A stretch of DNA of 64,000 bases from a plasmid: sequence record NZ_CP040393.1; one strand, written 5' to 3'. Positions 1 through 8,190 of the stretch are shown in pieces. Made by a program: the position numbers and the translations under genes. The notes under the pieces were generated by a model. It saw nothing but the letters and a program-made list of their open reading frames with translations, was not told where the DNA came from and made no database searches. How positions within the stretch are numbered: position 1 is the stretch's first letter; each line of letters begins with the position of its first letter.

Positions 1-534
1 CTGCTCAACGGCGGACCAGGTACTTTTCATCTGAATTTGCGTCATATCGCTCAGGGCTGTCAGCAGGATATTCTGCGCCGGGCGCGTAACATTCATGAGG
101 TAATCGGTGGCTTCCTGTGCCTGGTTAGCCAGCCCGAGCCGTCCGGCCTGCTCCAGCGCAGACAGCGCCGGGCCTTCAGCTGCTGCTATCCGGCTTAATA
201 AATCGCGCTCCTGGGGCGTTGAGTCCGTTTTCATCATTTCACCCAGAGCCCGCCGGTTCTCGACATACAAATCTTTCTGCTTCACGAGGCGTTCCCATTC
301 CGGTTTCATGGCCTGAGCTTCAGTAAGTAGCGCCAGGTTTCGGACTGCTATGCCCATATCACGCAGGCCACCACGCATATCCAGTATCAGCTGATACTTT
401 TTCATTTTAACATTGACGGCGTCATCCATGCCGTCGCTGGCCTTGTTGAGCCCGTTAAGGGCGATACCGGTACAAATCATAAAAAGCAGGATAAGCAGAC
501 CAAACCCTGATGCAAGCCGCGCAGATATTTTCAT
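1..534 (-). CDS. Methyl-accepting chemotaxis protein, N-terminal part (4HB_MCP-type ligand-binding domain); partial, C-terminus lies beyond the window start
   Basis: Reverse-strand translation from the ATG at 534 gives MKISARLASGFGLLILLFMICTGIALNGLNKASDGMDDAVNVKMKKYQLILDMRGGLRD... This is a typical MCP N-terminus (TM1 + four-helix-bundle sensor). It runs open to position 1. Confidence 0.8.
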   Translation of the reverse strand, partial: MKISARLASGFGLLILLFMICTGIALNGLNKASDGMDDAVNVKMKKYQLILDMRGGLRDMGIAVRNLALLTEAQAMKPEWERLVKQKDLYVENRRALGEMMKTDSTPQERDLLSRIAAAEGPALSALEQAGRLGLANQAQEATDYLMNVTRPAQNILLTALSDMTQIQMKSTWSAVEQ

Positions 535-1111
535 ATATATTCTCAATGTGTGAAAAAAATTAATCCATGGTTTCATTTTTGTTATCGGCATGAGCGGGGA
601 AAAATACAGTACCTGTGGTAACTCGCACGCAGGAAGGAGAGGGGACACAGTGTAAACCGACACGTTTTCTTCCTCCGGTGTCAGATAACATGTAAAGCCC
701 CACTGAATTAACGCAAAAGAGCGCTGATGTTCATAAAAAAGAGGGAAACCTGACGCTATTCAGTTGAGAGCGAACTCAGTAATAGCGTAGAGTCCACAGG
801 CGCGTTTCTGGCGTACTTTTTCGGGTGGTTTGTTGCTGTTTTCACCGGGGATGCGTCAGAAATGCGTTCTGCTGCTTTTTGTGGTGCGTACAATTTTGGG
901 GGTTATGGTAATTTTCTGAAGTCATGTCCGCTGTGAGCGAGGAACGGAAATACAGCAAATGATGTAAGTGATTTTCATGATACAGAGGCAGTAATTATGT
1001 CAAACGCATCAATTGACCAACGCTTTTATTGAACTGATACCGCCCGTCAGACGATCCTGCCTGAATATGTGCGCAGGATCGTCTATCAGCATTGGGGAAG
1101 TATATTAGCGA

Positions 1112-1501
1112 CTATCGCGTCTCGTGGTAAACCGCCTCTATGTTGTACCCATCAGGATCAAGGATGAACGCGGCGTAATATCCAGGGTGATAATGGGGCC
1201 TGTAACCCGGCGCACCATTATCTTTTCCACCGGCCTGGAGGGCGACACGGTGGAATGCCTCAACTTCCTCTTTGTTTTTTGCATTGAAGGCAAGATGCAT
1301 CCGGGGTGTGGAGGGAGTGCCCTGTGTTAACCAGAACGCACCACCAGGATCTCGCCCTTCATCGAGTTGGGCGGGACCAAAACCTACCGCCTTGCCCGGA
1401 AATTCAAGCCGGATAATATGACCAAGACTGGCAAGAACACTTGTGTAAAATTGCTTACTGACTTCAAGATTTATGACGTTGAATCCGGTGTGGTCAATCA
1501 T
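1112..1501 (-). CDS. VOC / glyoxalase-bleomycin resistance family protein
   Basis: 129-aa ORF MIDHTGFNVINLEVSKQFYTSVLASLGH...HLAFNAKNKEEVEAFH...GYYAAFILDPDGYNIEAVYHE. This is the typical paired beta-alpha-beta-beta-beta VOC signature. Confidence 0.85.
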   Translation of the reverse strand: MIDHTGFNVINLEVSKQFYTSVLASLGHIIRLEFPGKAVGFGPAQLDEGRDPGGAFWLTQGTPSTPRMHLAFNAKNKEEVEAFHRVALQAGGKDNGAPGYRPHYHPGYYAAFILDPDGYNIEAVYHETR

Positions 1502-1585
1502 GTTTTTACTCCCGTCAGCAAAGAAGAATATTCAGTAAAACATTCAACCATCGGGTGAAGTTTGATTTGGTATAAGAACTGGTGA

Positions 1586-1933
1586 TTGTGTCTGTTCTTT
1601 TCCTGTGTAAAACGATCCTCGCAGAGCCGGTATGTTTGTTCTCTATTGATTCTCGCGCAGATATTTGTATGGTCCGCTTTGGCACTTAGCTGCCATAAGA
1701 CGGTCAAACAACTCAGAGGACATTTCTGTCTCGCGATAAAGGTGCCTTTTCTGCTTTGCGTTGACAGGAGAAGAGGCTATGAAGCTGACACCGAACTCTT
1801 TCATCTGGTGCGTTCTGATAGTGTGTCTCACACTGCTGATATTCACCTGGCTGACGCGAAAATCGCTCTGCGAAATTCGCTACAGAGACGGAAGCAGGGA
1901 GGTGGCCGCTTTGATGGCTTACGAATCCGGTAA
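1586..1933 (+). CDS. mok: mok-like overlapping reading frame of the hok/sok-type (flm-like) locus. The true start is probably downstream of the first ATG.
   Basis: The long ORF overlaps hok in a different frame and ends 4 nt before the hok stop, as in R1 hok/mok and F flmC/flmA. An antisense Sok-like RNA would be expected on the minus strand around 1690-1770. Confidence 0.4.
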   Translation: MCLFFSCVKRSSQSRYVCSLLILAQIFVWSALALSCHKTVKQLRGHFCLAIKVPFLLCVDRRRGYEADTELFHLVRSDSVSHTADIHLADAKIALRNSLQRRKQGGGRFDGLRIR

Positions 1934-1937
1934 GTAG
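1779..1937 (+). CDS. hok: Hok/Gef-family membrane toxin (52 aa) of a post-segregational killing locus, flmA/hok-like
   Basis: Translation [52 protein letters not shown] is near-identical in pattern to Hok ([52 protein letters not shown]). Confidence 0.9.
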   Translation: MKLTPNSFIWCVLIVCLTLLIFTWLTRKSLCEIRYRDGSREVAALMAYESGK

Positions 1938-2074
1938 CAACCTGGAGGCGGGGGCAACCCCGCCTTTTCAGGGCTGATGCGTTCTGGCATGGCCGAAAGC
2001 GCCTTTACAAGGGGCTGTCAGTGTCCGCTGGCAGCCCCCTTTTTTTCCGGTGCGATCGCACGCATGAACACCCG

Positions 2075-2990
2075 GAAGGGCTGTTCCCCTCCGGGGAACG
2101 GGGGAAGGGCGGATGCGCCTGCGGCGCGCCCGCTTTACTCCCTTCGCTTTCCCGTCCGCTCCTCATACATCTCCGGCGTCTCCAGTTGCTCGATGGCCAG
2201 CAGAATTCCCGTGTGATGTTCTTCTGTCGCCACCATGATTTGCCAGTAAAGCCGTTTAAGCTGGTACACCAGCTGCGCACGGTCAGTTTCTGCGCCGTTG
2301 CCGGCCAGCATCAGGCAGCACTGGCCCACTATCCGGCAGGTTTCGTCGTAAAACGCTTCTTCTGCATCATCTTCGGTTTCATCTTCTGACATGAGAATGC
2401 TCCCGGTTGTGCGTTTTTTGCTCACAGGCAGCATACATCAGAACACCATAAACACCACAGCTCTGGCCCCCTCCGGCTCCCCGTCCGTTCCGGCCGGGTC
2501 GTCGAGCCACACTCCGCTAACCCGGCGGCAGGCCGCCGGCTAAGCTCCGCCGAACCCGCGAAAAGATGCGGTTTCGGGCTGTTCGCTAGTGTCTGAGGGC
2601 TGAAGGTCAACGGCCCGCCTGCTGCGACCTGCCGGTCGCGCCGCTGTCACCGCCCCGGCGCAGCCGGGGCTTTAAGGGCGACCCGGCGGTGTGACGCTGC
2701 CGGGTCGGGTGTGTGCATTCTGTCCGTCCGGTGATGTCCATCGCCCCGGTCGTCCCCTGCGGAGGGCTTTTCGTAGCACCGTTCGCCCGGAAAACACCAG
2801 GGTGAAGTGCACGCGCAGGCGCGCCCTGGTCTTTTCCGTTCGCCCGTCGCTACTCTGCCCTTCGCCGCAGAGGAACTCACCGGGGAGATGGATTAACCAT
2901 CACCACAAGGGGAAAAGCAGAATGCACACACACAACGTCAACGTCAAAACCGCCACAGAAGAATCTTCCAGGAAGATGGGGGTTAAAAAC
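2075..2990. repeat. Leading-region direct repeat copy A. GC-rich, full of short dyads. Candidate Frpo/ssi-type single-strand promoter element plus 5' UTR and the first 20 codons of the downstream ORF.
   Basis: 2447-2990 is about 95% identical to 5455-5985. A further block at 2080-2160 matches 5275-5350. Between them copy A carries a unique ~280 bp segment (2160-2440). Confidence 0.7.
2135..2392 (-). CDS. Hypothetical acidic protein (about 85 aa) inside the unique insert of repeat copy A
   Basis: ORF MSEDETEDDAEEAFYDETCRIVGQCC... No recognisable family. It is on the opposite strand to the rest of the leading-region genes, so it may be spurious. Confidence 0.25.
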   Translation of the reverse strand: MSEDETEDDAEEAFYDETCRIVGQCCLMLAGNGAETDRAQLVYQLKRLYWQIMVATEEHHTGILLAIEQLETPEMYEERTGKRRE

Positions 2991-3239
2991 CCGTCACCTT
3001 TACTCATCCTGCTCGCTGAAGGTGAGAAAAACTCACAGGCGGAATGGGACGTCATGGAGTTTGGCTCCCTGGCTGCGCTTAAAGACTATCGCCGGAGCTT
3101 CCCGGAAAAAATGAAGGGGCTTTATCACTACATCGTCAGTGCGGGTGTGGATAAAGACTTTCACCACGTGGAAGTGGTTGCGGCTGACCATTTTAAACAG
3201 TTCGTGCGCCAGATAGCGCGCATGGGGATCACCATTTAA
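2922..3239 (+). CDS. Leading-region protein (105 aa), unknown function. First gene downstream of repeat A; shares its N-terminal 20 aa with 5917..6231.
   Basis: ATG at 2922 with an AAGGGGA RBS. MHTHNVNVKTATEESSRKMG VKNPSPLLILLAEGEKNSQAEWDVMEFGSLAALKDY... The long upstream extension of the tracked ORF (2691) is an artefact of the stop-free GC-rich repeat. Confidence 0.6.
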   Translation: MHTHNVNVKTATEESSRKMGVKNPSPLLILLAEGEKNSQAEWDVMEFGSLAALKDYRRSFPEKMKGLYHYIVSAGVDKDFHHVEVVAADHFKQFVRQIARMGITI

Positions 3240-3313
3240 CACGGTGCCGCCCTTCCGGGCGGCTGATTTAACACCCCTGCGGCGGTTATCTGCCGCCACA
3301 GCCTAAAGGAAAA

Positions 3314-3805
3314 ATGACCATGACTACATACACCGCCACCGACGCAGAACAGGCGTTCATTGCCGACGATCCTCTGGTGTTTGTGAACACCACCACCGGC
3401 AAACAACTCAGCTATGCCATCGCCATTACTGGCATTGATGAGCCTGTTTCTTTCAGCAGTTTTGAAACGCTCAGCCAGTTGCAACAGCGCACCCCTGAAC
3501 TGGCACTGATGCCAGAATCAGCCGCACAGGCGCTGCGTCCCACACCGCACCACCTGCCGTGGACGGAAATCACGGCTCAACGGTTCAGCGAACTGGCCGC
3601 CAGCGCCTGCCCGTTGCAGATCGGGCAGGGAGTCGGCGGGTGTGAAGCGTTTATGACTCCGGCAGCGGTCGCCGGGAACGTGGCACATTATTGCGCGAAG
3701 TATGAGGGGCGTTTTTTCGAGTGCCGGGATGATGCCTCGCTGAACACCCGCATGATCCTGGCGGGTATCCGCAGCGGCTTCTTTAGCGGCAATAAGGCCG
3801 CTTAA
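3314..3805 (+). CDS. Leading-region protein of unknown function (163 aa); paralogue of 3879..4346
   Basis: Shares LPW(T/E)EIT(A/G)(Q/E)R(F/Y)S(E/D) and a C-terminal GRFFECRD motif with the next ORF. Same strand as hok and the Frpo-like repeats. Confidence 0.6.
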   Translation: MTMTTYTATDAEQAFIADDPLVFVNTTTGKQLSYAIAITGIDEPVSFSSFETLSQLQQRTPELALMPESAAQALRPTPHHLPWTEITAQRFSELAASACPLQIGQGVGGCEAFMTPAAVAGNVAHYCAKYEGRFFECRDDASLNTRMILAGIRSGFFSGNKAA

Positions 3806-3878
3806 GACAGTACAGGGCTGAAAAGCCCTGAAAACTTAACCCGGCGGCATCACGCCGCCTTATGCAGGAGAAATACCG

Positions 3879-4346
3879 ATGTCACCACTTGAAGAAGCAC
3901 TCCGTCCGACCGAAATGGCTTTTTTTCAGGTCTCCCGTTCACGTATATGGGATTACGCCGTGTTATCCGGCGGGGAATGGCGCTCAAAATTCGGCGGTAA
4001 AACGCTGGCGCAGATGCGCGAGGACATGCCCGATATGGAGCTTATCGCCACCGCCGAAGCGGTACAACGCCAGAACGAGGGGCACCGGCTGCCCTGGGAG
4101 GAAATCACCGGAGAGCGTTACAGCGATCAGCTGGAGATGTTGCCGCCAGTGCACTGGCGCACGTGGGGAAGTTGTGAATCCTTCAAGTCACCGGAACGCT
4201 ATTCCGCAGACGTAACCCGCATTTTTGCGCAGTTCCGGGGGCGCTTCTTTGAGTGCCGCGATCTCGTCACCCTGACGCCGCAGGAGATTTATGAAAGCAT
4301 CCTGAGCGCCTTTTTTGCCGGGGATTCGGTAAATTCCGGGCAGTAA
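3879..4346 (+). CDS. Leading-region protein of unknown function (155 aa); paralogue of 3314..3805
   Basis: MSPLEEALRPTEMAFFQVSRSRIWDYAVLSGGEWRSKFGGKTLAQMRED...LPWEEITGERYSDQ...FRGRFFECRDLVTL. GGAG RBS upstream. Confidence 0.6.
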   Translation: MSPLEEALRPTEMAFFQVSRSRIWDYAVLSGGEWRSKFGGKTLAQMREDMPDMELIATAEAVQRQNEGHRLPWEEITGERYSDQLEMLPPVHWRTWGSCESFKSPERYSADVTRIFAQFRGRFFECRDLVTLTPQEIYESILSAFFAGDSVNSGQ

Positions 4347-4428
4347 AAAAGCAGGGCAAAGCCCTGCTTAATCACGGATGGCACGGACCAGGTGCCGTCC
4401 TTATCAAAACAGATGGAGGATGAATTCC

Positions 4429-4629
4429 ATGATAGTTGACCCGCAGACTGTCGCACAGGCGACGGCGTTTGTAAATGCCATCCGGGCAGGAAAGCCCGCC
4501 CGTATTCCGGCAATGTCGTTCAGCCGCTGGCAGGAGTTTATGGCGGCGGTCGATGCCAGAACAGGCTACGCCCGTGAGGCTGATGCAGGGCTGGGGGGCA
4601 GTGTTTACCCGGCGCTGGGGCTGGCATAA
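4429..4629 (+). CDS. Small leading-region protein (66 aa), unknown function
   Basis: ATG at 4429 preceded by GGAGG at a 9-nt spacing. MIVDPQTVAQATAFVNAIRAGKPARIPAMSFSRWQEFMAAVDARTGYAREADAGLGGSVYPALGLA. Confidence 0.5.
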   Translation: MIVDPQTVAQATAFVNAIRAGKPARIPAMSFSRWQEFMAAVDARTGYAREADAGLGGSVYPALGLA

Positions 4630-4674
4630 CGGAGGCTGGCCGCCCTGGCGGGCGGCCTTTTAAATGAGGTCAGT

Positions 4675-4917
4675 ATGAATACAGAACCGATGCGTCATAG
4701 TCCCGATCCCCGCCGGTGGTGCCGCGAGGTAATAGTCTCCTTCCGTCAGCATCTTGCCGCCGGAGTGAATGAAGCAGAGTACAACGTGGCCTGTGATGAG
4801 CAGGCCTGCCATCACTATGACGAAACACCCTCCACCATCTTCCGCCTTCGCCTGGTCTGCGGCGGATTTGTGGCAGGCTTCATGCGGTCAGTGCGGCGCA
4901 GGGGTGGTCAGGCATGA
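4675..4917 (+). CDS. Small leading-region protein (80 aa), unknown
   Basis: ORF MNTEPMRHSPDPRRWCREVIVSFRQHLAAGVNEAEYNVACDEQACHHYDETPSTIFRLRLVCGG... Its stop overlaps the start of the next ORF (ATGA). Confidence 0.45.
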   Translation: MNTEPMRHSPDPRRWCREVIVSFRQHLAAGVNEAEYNVACDEQACHHYDETPSTIFRLRLVCGGFVAGFMRSVRRRGGQA

Positions 4918-5240
4918 AAGCACACAAAACACCGGACACGATCCCCGTAATGGCGTTGCAGGACATTGCCGCGCTGCTGCCTGTGCACGAATTCCCGGTC
5001 CGGCTCTCCAGCCGGTCGCAGTGCGCGGCACTGGCTGCGGAAGCGCTGTGGCTGTTTGCGCAGCGTACCGGGCTTTCGCAGGAGGGTGAAACGCTTGATA
5101 CGCTGCTGGTCGATTTTCTGGCAGATGTGCTGCACCTTTGCCGCCATGCCGGGATCACAGCAAACATGGCAGACGACATGGCGCAGCTGATGGCCATCGC
5201 AGAGATGCACCACGAATCGGATGACTATCCGGACGACTGA
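4914..5240 (+). CDS. Small acidic leading-region protein (108 aa), unknown
   Basis: ORF MKAHKTPDTIPVMALQDIAALLPVHEFPVRLSSRSQCAALAAEALWLFAQRTGLSQEGETLDTLLVDFLADVLHLCRHAGI...ESDDYPDD. Translationally coupled to the previous ORF. Confidence 0.5.
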   Translation: MKAHKTPDTIPVMALQDIAALLPVHEFPVRLSSRSQCAALAAEALWLFAQRTGLSQEGETLDTLLVDFLADVLHLCRHAGITANMADDMAQLMAIAEMHHESDDYPDD

Positions 5241-5269
5241 TGCCCGCGCCCTGAACGGCAAATGCCGGA

Positions 5270-5985
5270 AAGGGCGCTCCCCTCCGGGGAGCAGGGCAGG
5301 ACGGAGGCGCCTGCGGCGCGCCCGCTTTTCCCCCTCCGCCTTCGCTTACCCTGCCGCCTGGTATTGTGGCCATTCTTCATCCTGCCGATATGACTGCTGT
5401 TCAGGGGGGGCCGCTGGTTCTGGTTACCGGTGATATTCACTGACAACAGCCGGAACATGGCCCCCTTCGGCTCCCCGTCCGTTCCGTCCGGGTCGTCGAG
5501 CCACACTCCGCTAAGCGGCCGCGAAGCGCCCGCCAGGCTCCGCCGAACCCGCGAAAAGATGCGGTTCCGGGCCTGACGGCTAGCGTCTGATGGCTGAAGG
5601 TCAACGGCCCGCTTGCTGCGACCGTGCCGGTCGCGCCGCTGTCACCGCCCCGGCGCAGCCGGGGCTTTAAGGGCGACCCGGCGGTGTGACGTTGCCGGGT
5701 CGGGTGTGTGCATTCTGTCCGTCCGGCGATGTCCATCGCCCCGGACGTCCCCTGCGGAGGGCTTTTCGTAGCACCGTTCGCCCGGAAAACACCAGGGTGA
5801 AGTGCACGCGCAGGCGCGCCCTGGTCTTTTCCGTTCGCCCGTCGCTACTTTGCCCTTCGCCGCAGAGGAACTCACCGGGGAGATGGATTAACCATCACCA
5901 CAAGGGGAAAAGCAGAATGCACACACACAACGTCAACGTCAAAACCGCCACAGAAGAATCTTCCAGGAAGATGGGTGAAAAAGAC
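5270..5985. repeat. Leading-region direct repeat copy B (Frpo/ssi-like), including the first 20 codons of 5917..6231
   Basis: See copy A. The same dyad-rich GC-rich sequence, about 95% identical across roughly 540 bp. Confidence 0.7.
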
Positions 5986-6231
5986 ACGCCCCTGACTGAC
6001 GAGCAGATCATCGAAACTTTTAACTGGGTTTTCGCCGTAACGGCTGACATGCCTGAGGCACATTGCCAGGACTTCATACCACCCGCAGGCGCGGAAGAAA
6101 TCGACGTATTTTTCGACGATGTTCCGGATTACTACACCATCTGGATTTTAAATAAATGGCCGGTTGCTGCGGCCATGCCCCTCGATTCTGTATTTCGTTT
6201 TTTACCTGACTCATTATTTTTGAGGAGATGA
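5917..6231 (+). CDS. Leading-region protein (104 aa), unknown. N-terminal 20 aa are identical to 2922..3239, then diverges.
   Basis: MHTHNVNVKTATEESSRKMG EKDTPLTDEQIIETFNWVFAVTADMPEAHCQDFIPPAGAEEIDVFFDDVPDYYTIWILNKWPVAAAMPL... Its stop overlaps the start of the next gene. Confidence 0.6.
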   Translation: MHTHNVNVKTATEESSRKMGEKDTPLTDEQIIETFNWVFAVTADMPEAHCQDFIPPAGAEEIDVFFDDVPDYYTIWILNKWPVAAAMPLDSVFRFLPDSLFLRR

Positions 6232-7055
6232 CTATGATTCGTTTATCCACCCGTTATGCCGCACCGACTTTTATGCGTAATACCCGCCCGCTGACCAATG
6301 ATGAGCTTTTGCGCGTTGTTCCCAGCGCGTTTTCTGTTGAAAAACACGAGTCACGCTCAGAGCGTTACACTTATATTCCGACCATTACACTACTGGATAA
6401 ATTACGGAATGAGGGGTTCCAGCCCTTTTATGCGAGCCAGTCCCGCGTGCGTGACCCTGAACGCCGTGAATATACCAAACACATGATCCGCCTGCGTCGC
6501 GGTAATAACATGAGCGGGACAGAAGTTCCGGAAATTGTTTTGCTGAACAGCCACGATGGCAGCAGCAGCTATAAAATGATCCCCGGTATTTTCCGTCAGG
6601 TCTGTACTAATGGACTGGTGTGCTGGAAATCGTTTGGGGAAATAAATGTCCCGCACAAAGGGGATATTGTTTCGCAGGTTATCGAAGGCGCTTATGAAGT
6701 GCTTGGCGTGTTCGATAAAGTTACAGACAACATGGAACAGATGAAAAGTATCCAGCTGAACAGCCCGGAACGGCAGCTGCTCGGACAGATGGCACTGGAT
6801 TATAAATATGGTGAAGGAAAAGCGCCGGTGACGGCTGAGAAAATTATCCAACCGCGCGCATGGTATGACAGGGAAACAGATTTGTGGACATCATTTAATA
6901 TTGTACAGGAGAATCTGGTCAAAGGCGGGATCTCCGGGCGAACCGCAAAAGGAAAAAGAACCACCACGCGACCAGTGACCGGCATCGATGGCGACATCAA
7001 ACTTAATCAGGCACTCTGGAAAATGGCGGAAGAGTTTGCAAAACTTAAAAGCTGA
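6228..7055 (+). CDS. Conserved plasmid leading-region protein (about 273 aa), DUF932-like. Alternative start at 6234.
   Basis: 275-aa ORF MTMIRLSTRYAAPTFMRNTRPLTNDELLRVVPSAFSVEKHESRSERYTYIPTITLLDKLRNEGFQPFYASQSRVRDPERREYTKHMIRLRR... The size and position (just before orf169/oriT) match the ~273-aa leading-region ORF of F-like plasmids. The family assignment is from memory. Confidence 0.5.
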   Translation: MTMIRLSTRYAAPTFMRNTRPLTNDELLRVVPSAFSVEKHESRSERYTYIPTITLLDKLRNEGFQPFYASQSRVRDPERREYTKHMIRLRRGNNMSGTEVPEIVLLNSHDGSSSYKMIPGIFRQVCTNGLVCWKSFGEINVPHKGDIVSQVIEGAYEVLGVFDKVTDNMEQMKSIQLNSPERQLLGQMALDYKYGEGKAPVTAEKIIQPRAWYDRETDLWTSFNIVQENLVKGGISGRTAKGKRTTTRPVTGIDGDIKLNQALWKMAEEFAKLKS

Positions 7056-7087
7056 ATAAAAAACCCGGTTCGCCGGGTTTTTTATTT

Positions 7088-7654
7088 TTAATCCTGCACT
7101 GGCAAAGGGGAAGTGTCTCTTTTCGCCAGCTCATCTTTTTTCTGTAAAGCAGAACGCTGCTCAAGAATATCCCTCCTTGCCAGCAAAACACGGTAAATGT
7201 TCTTCACCGATTGTGCGTAGGAACGCCTCTGGGCGATCAGCTTTTTCGCCGGGCCTGTATTATACATTCCGACGCTGTCCCAGTTTTTCCCGTATGACCT
7301 GAAGTTATGTGCTAATACCCATGCGCCCGTATAAACACAAATACACGGATCATTGAGCAAATCTGATCGCGTAATATTAAATTCACGCAACTTCCCGTAA
7401 TGCGAGCTGTTGACCTGCATTCCGCAGACATCTTCAGATCCGTTTCTGTTGGCTTTATTTATCGCCCCTGGCTGTAAGCGGCTTTCCTTAATCGATATTG
7501 ACATGAGCAACAGGGGATCAATGCCATAATCATAGCCAGCTTTATCAAAACACATTTGAGGTGCTGCACTGCATGACATTGTCATGCTGAGCAGAAGATA
7601 CAGCAGTTTATTCATTTTCTGTGCCTTTGCAGTATACGCAACGGTAGTGACCAT
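7088..7654 (-). CDS. Lytic transglycosylase, SLT-domain (orf169 / gene X / P19 family). The likely true start is at the signal peptide MNKLLYLLL (about 7615).
   Basis: ...CFDKAGYDYGIDPLLLMSISIKESRLQPGAINKANRNGSEDVCGMQVNSSH...DPCICVYTGAWVL... matches F orf169 ([50 protein letters not shown]...TDPCMNIYTGAYYL). Confidence 0.85.
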   Translation of the reverse strand: MVTTVAYTAKAQKMNKLLYLLLSMTMSCSAAPQMCFDKAGYDYGIDPLLLMSISIKESRLQPGAINKANRNGSEDVCGMQVNSSHYGKLREFNITRSDLLNDPCICVYTGAWVLAHNFRSYGKNWDSVGMYNTGPAKKLIAQRRSYAQSVKNIYRVLLARRDILEQRSALQKKDELAKRDTSPLPVQD

Positions 7655-7699
7655 AGAGCGCTCATTTAAAAAATACCCCCGGCGATCATTTAAATCAAG

Positions 7700-8190
7700 A
7701 ACACCTCTTACAAACGCGCAGAGGGCGCTTCTGTGATGCGTTTCAGCTCGATCCAGAATAACAATCAGATCCTCTTACCCTTTATTTTTTGCCGCTCTTT
7801 ACTGAACATATAAAACATGACACCCCACGCAAGACTTCGTCTTGCAGTTTTTGTTTGTGGAATCAGGTGGTTATTCTGTAAAAATTGTGCCGGTTCTGGA
7901 ATAAAATCAAAAACATCACACAATGCGACACTATATTGTGCGACATATGTGTTACCTGTTAGTGTTGGTTTGTCGCAGGTATATCGTACAGTTGTGGATA
8001 TTCTCTTAAATCAGTAAACTGCATATCACACAGTGTCACACTGTCGCACAAATATCGCACATAACTACTACTGTATAAGCCAGATTTAATACATCCAGCG
8101 TAAAAGCCCACTCCGACCGGGGCCGGGTTTTTGCCACAAAAAACAGCCGGGTAGTGTCGGTTCCGACACCAGTTAAAAACAGGATTTAAT
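7700..8190. promoter_or_regulatory. oriT region. Predicted nic on the minus (transferred) strand at about 7819/7820. The traM promoter and repeated TGCGACA / TGTCGCA motifs lie at 7920-8075.
   Basis: The reverse complement of 7815-7846 is GCAAGAC GAA GTCTTGC GTGGGGTGT|CATG. That is a 7-bp-stem hairpin followed by the F-family nic core (F: TTTGCGTGGGGTGT|GGTGCT). It sits between orf169 and traM as in F. Confidence 0.65.

Noticed and set aside
2691-3239. Long N-terminal extensions of the two MHTHN... ORFs (tracked ORFs 2691-3239 and 5686-6231) and the antisense ORFs 2647-2880 / 5642-5875
   Set aside because: They fall inside the GC-rich, stop-poor direct repeat, where all frames are open. The RBS-supported ATG at 2922 / 5917 is the plausible start. 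The repeat is interpreted as regulatory DNA rather than coding.
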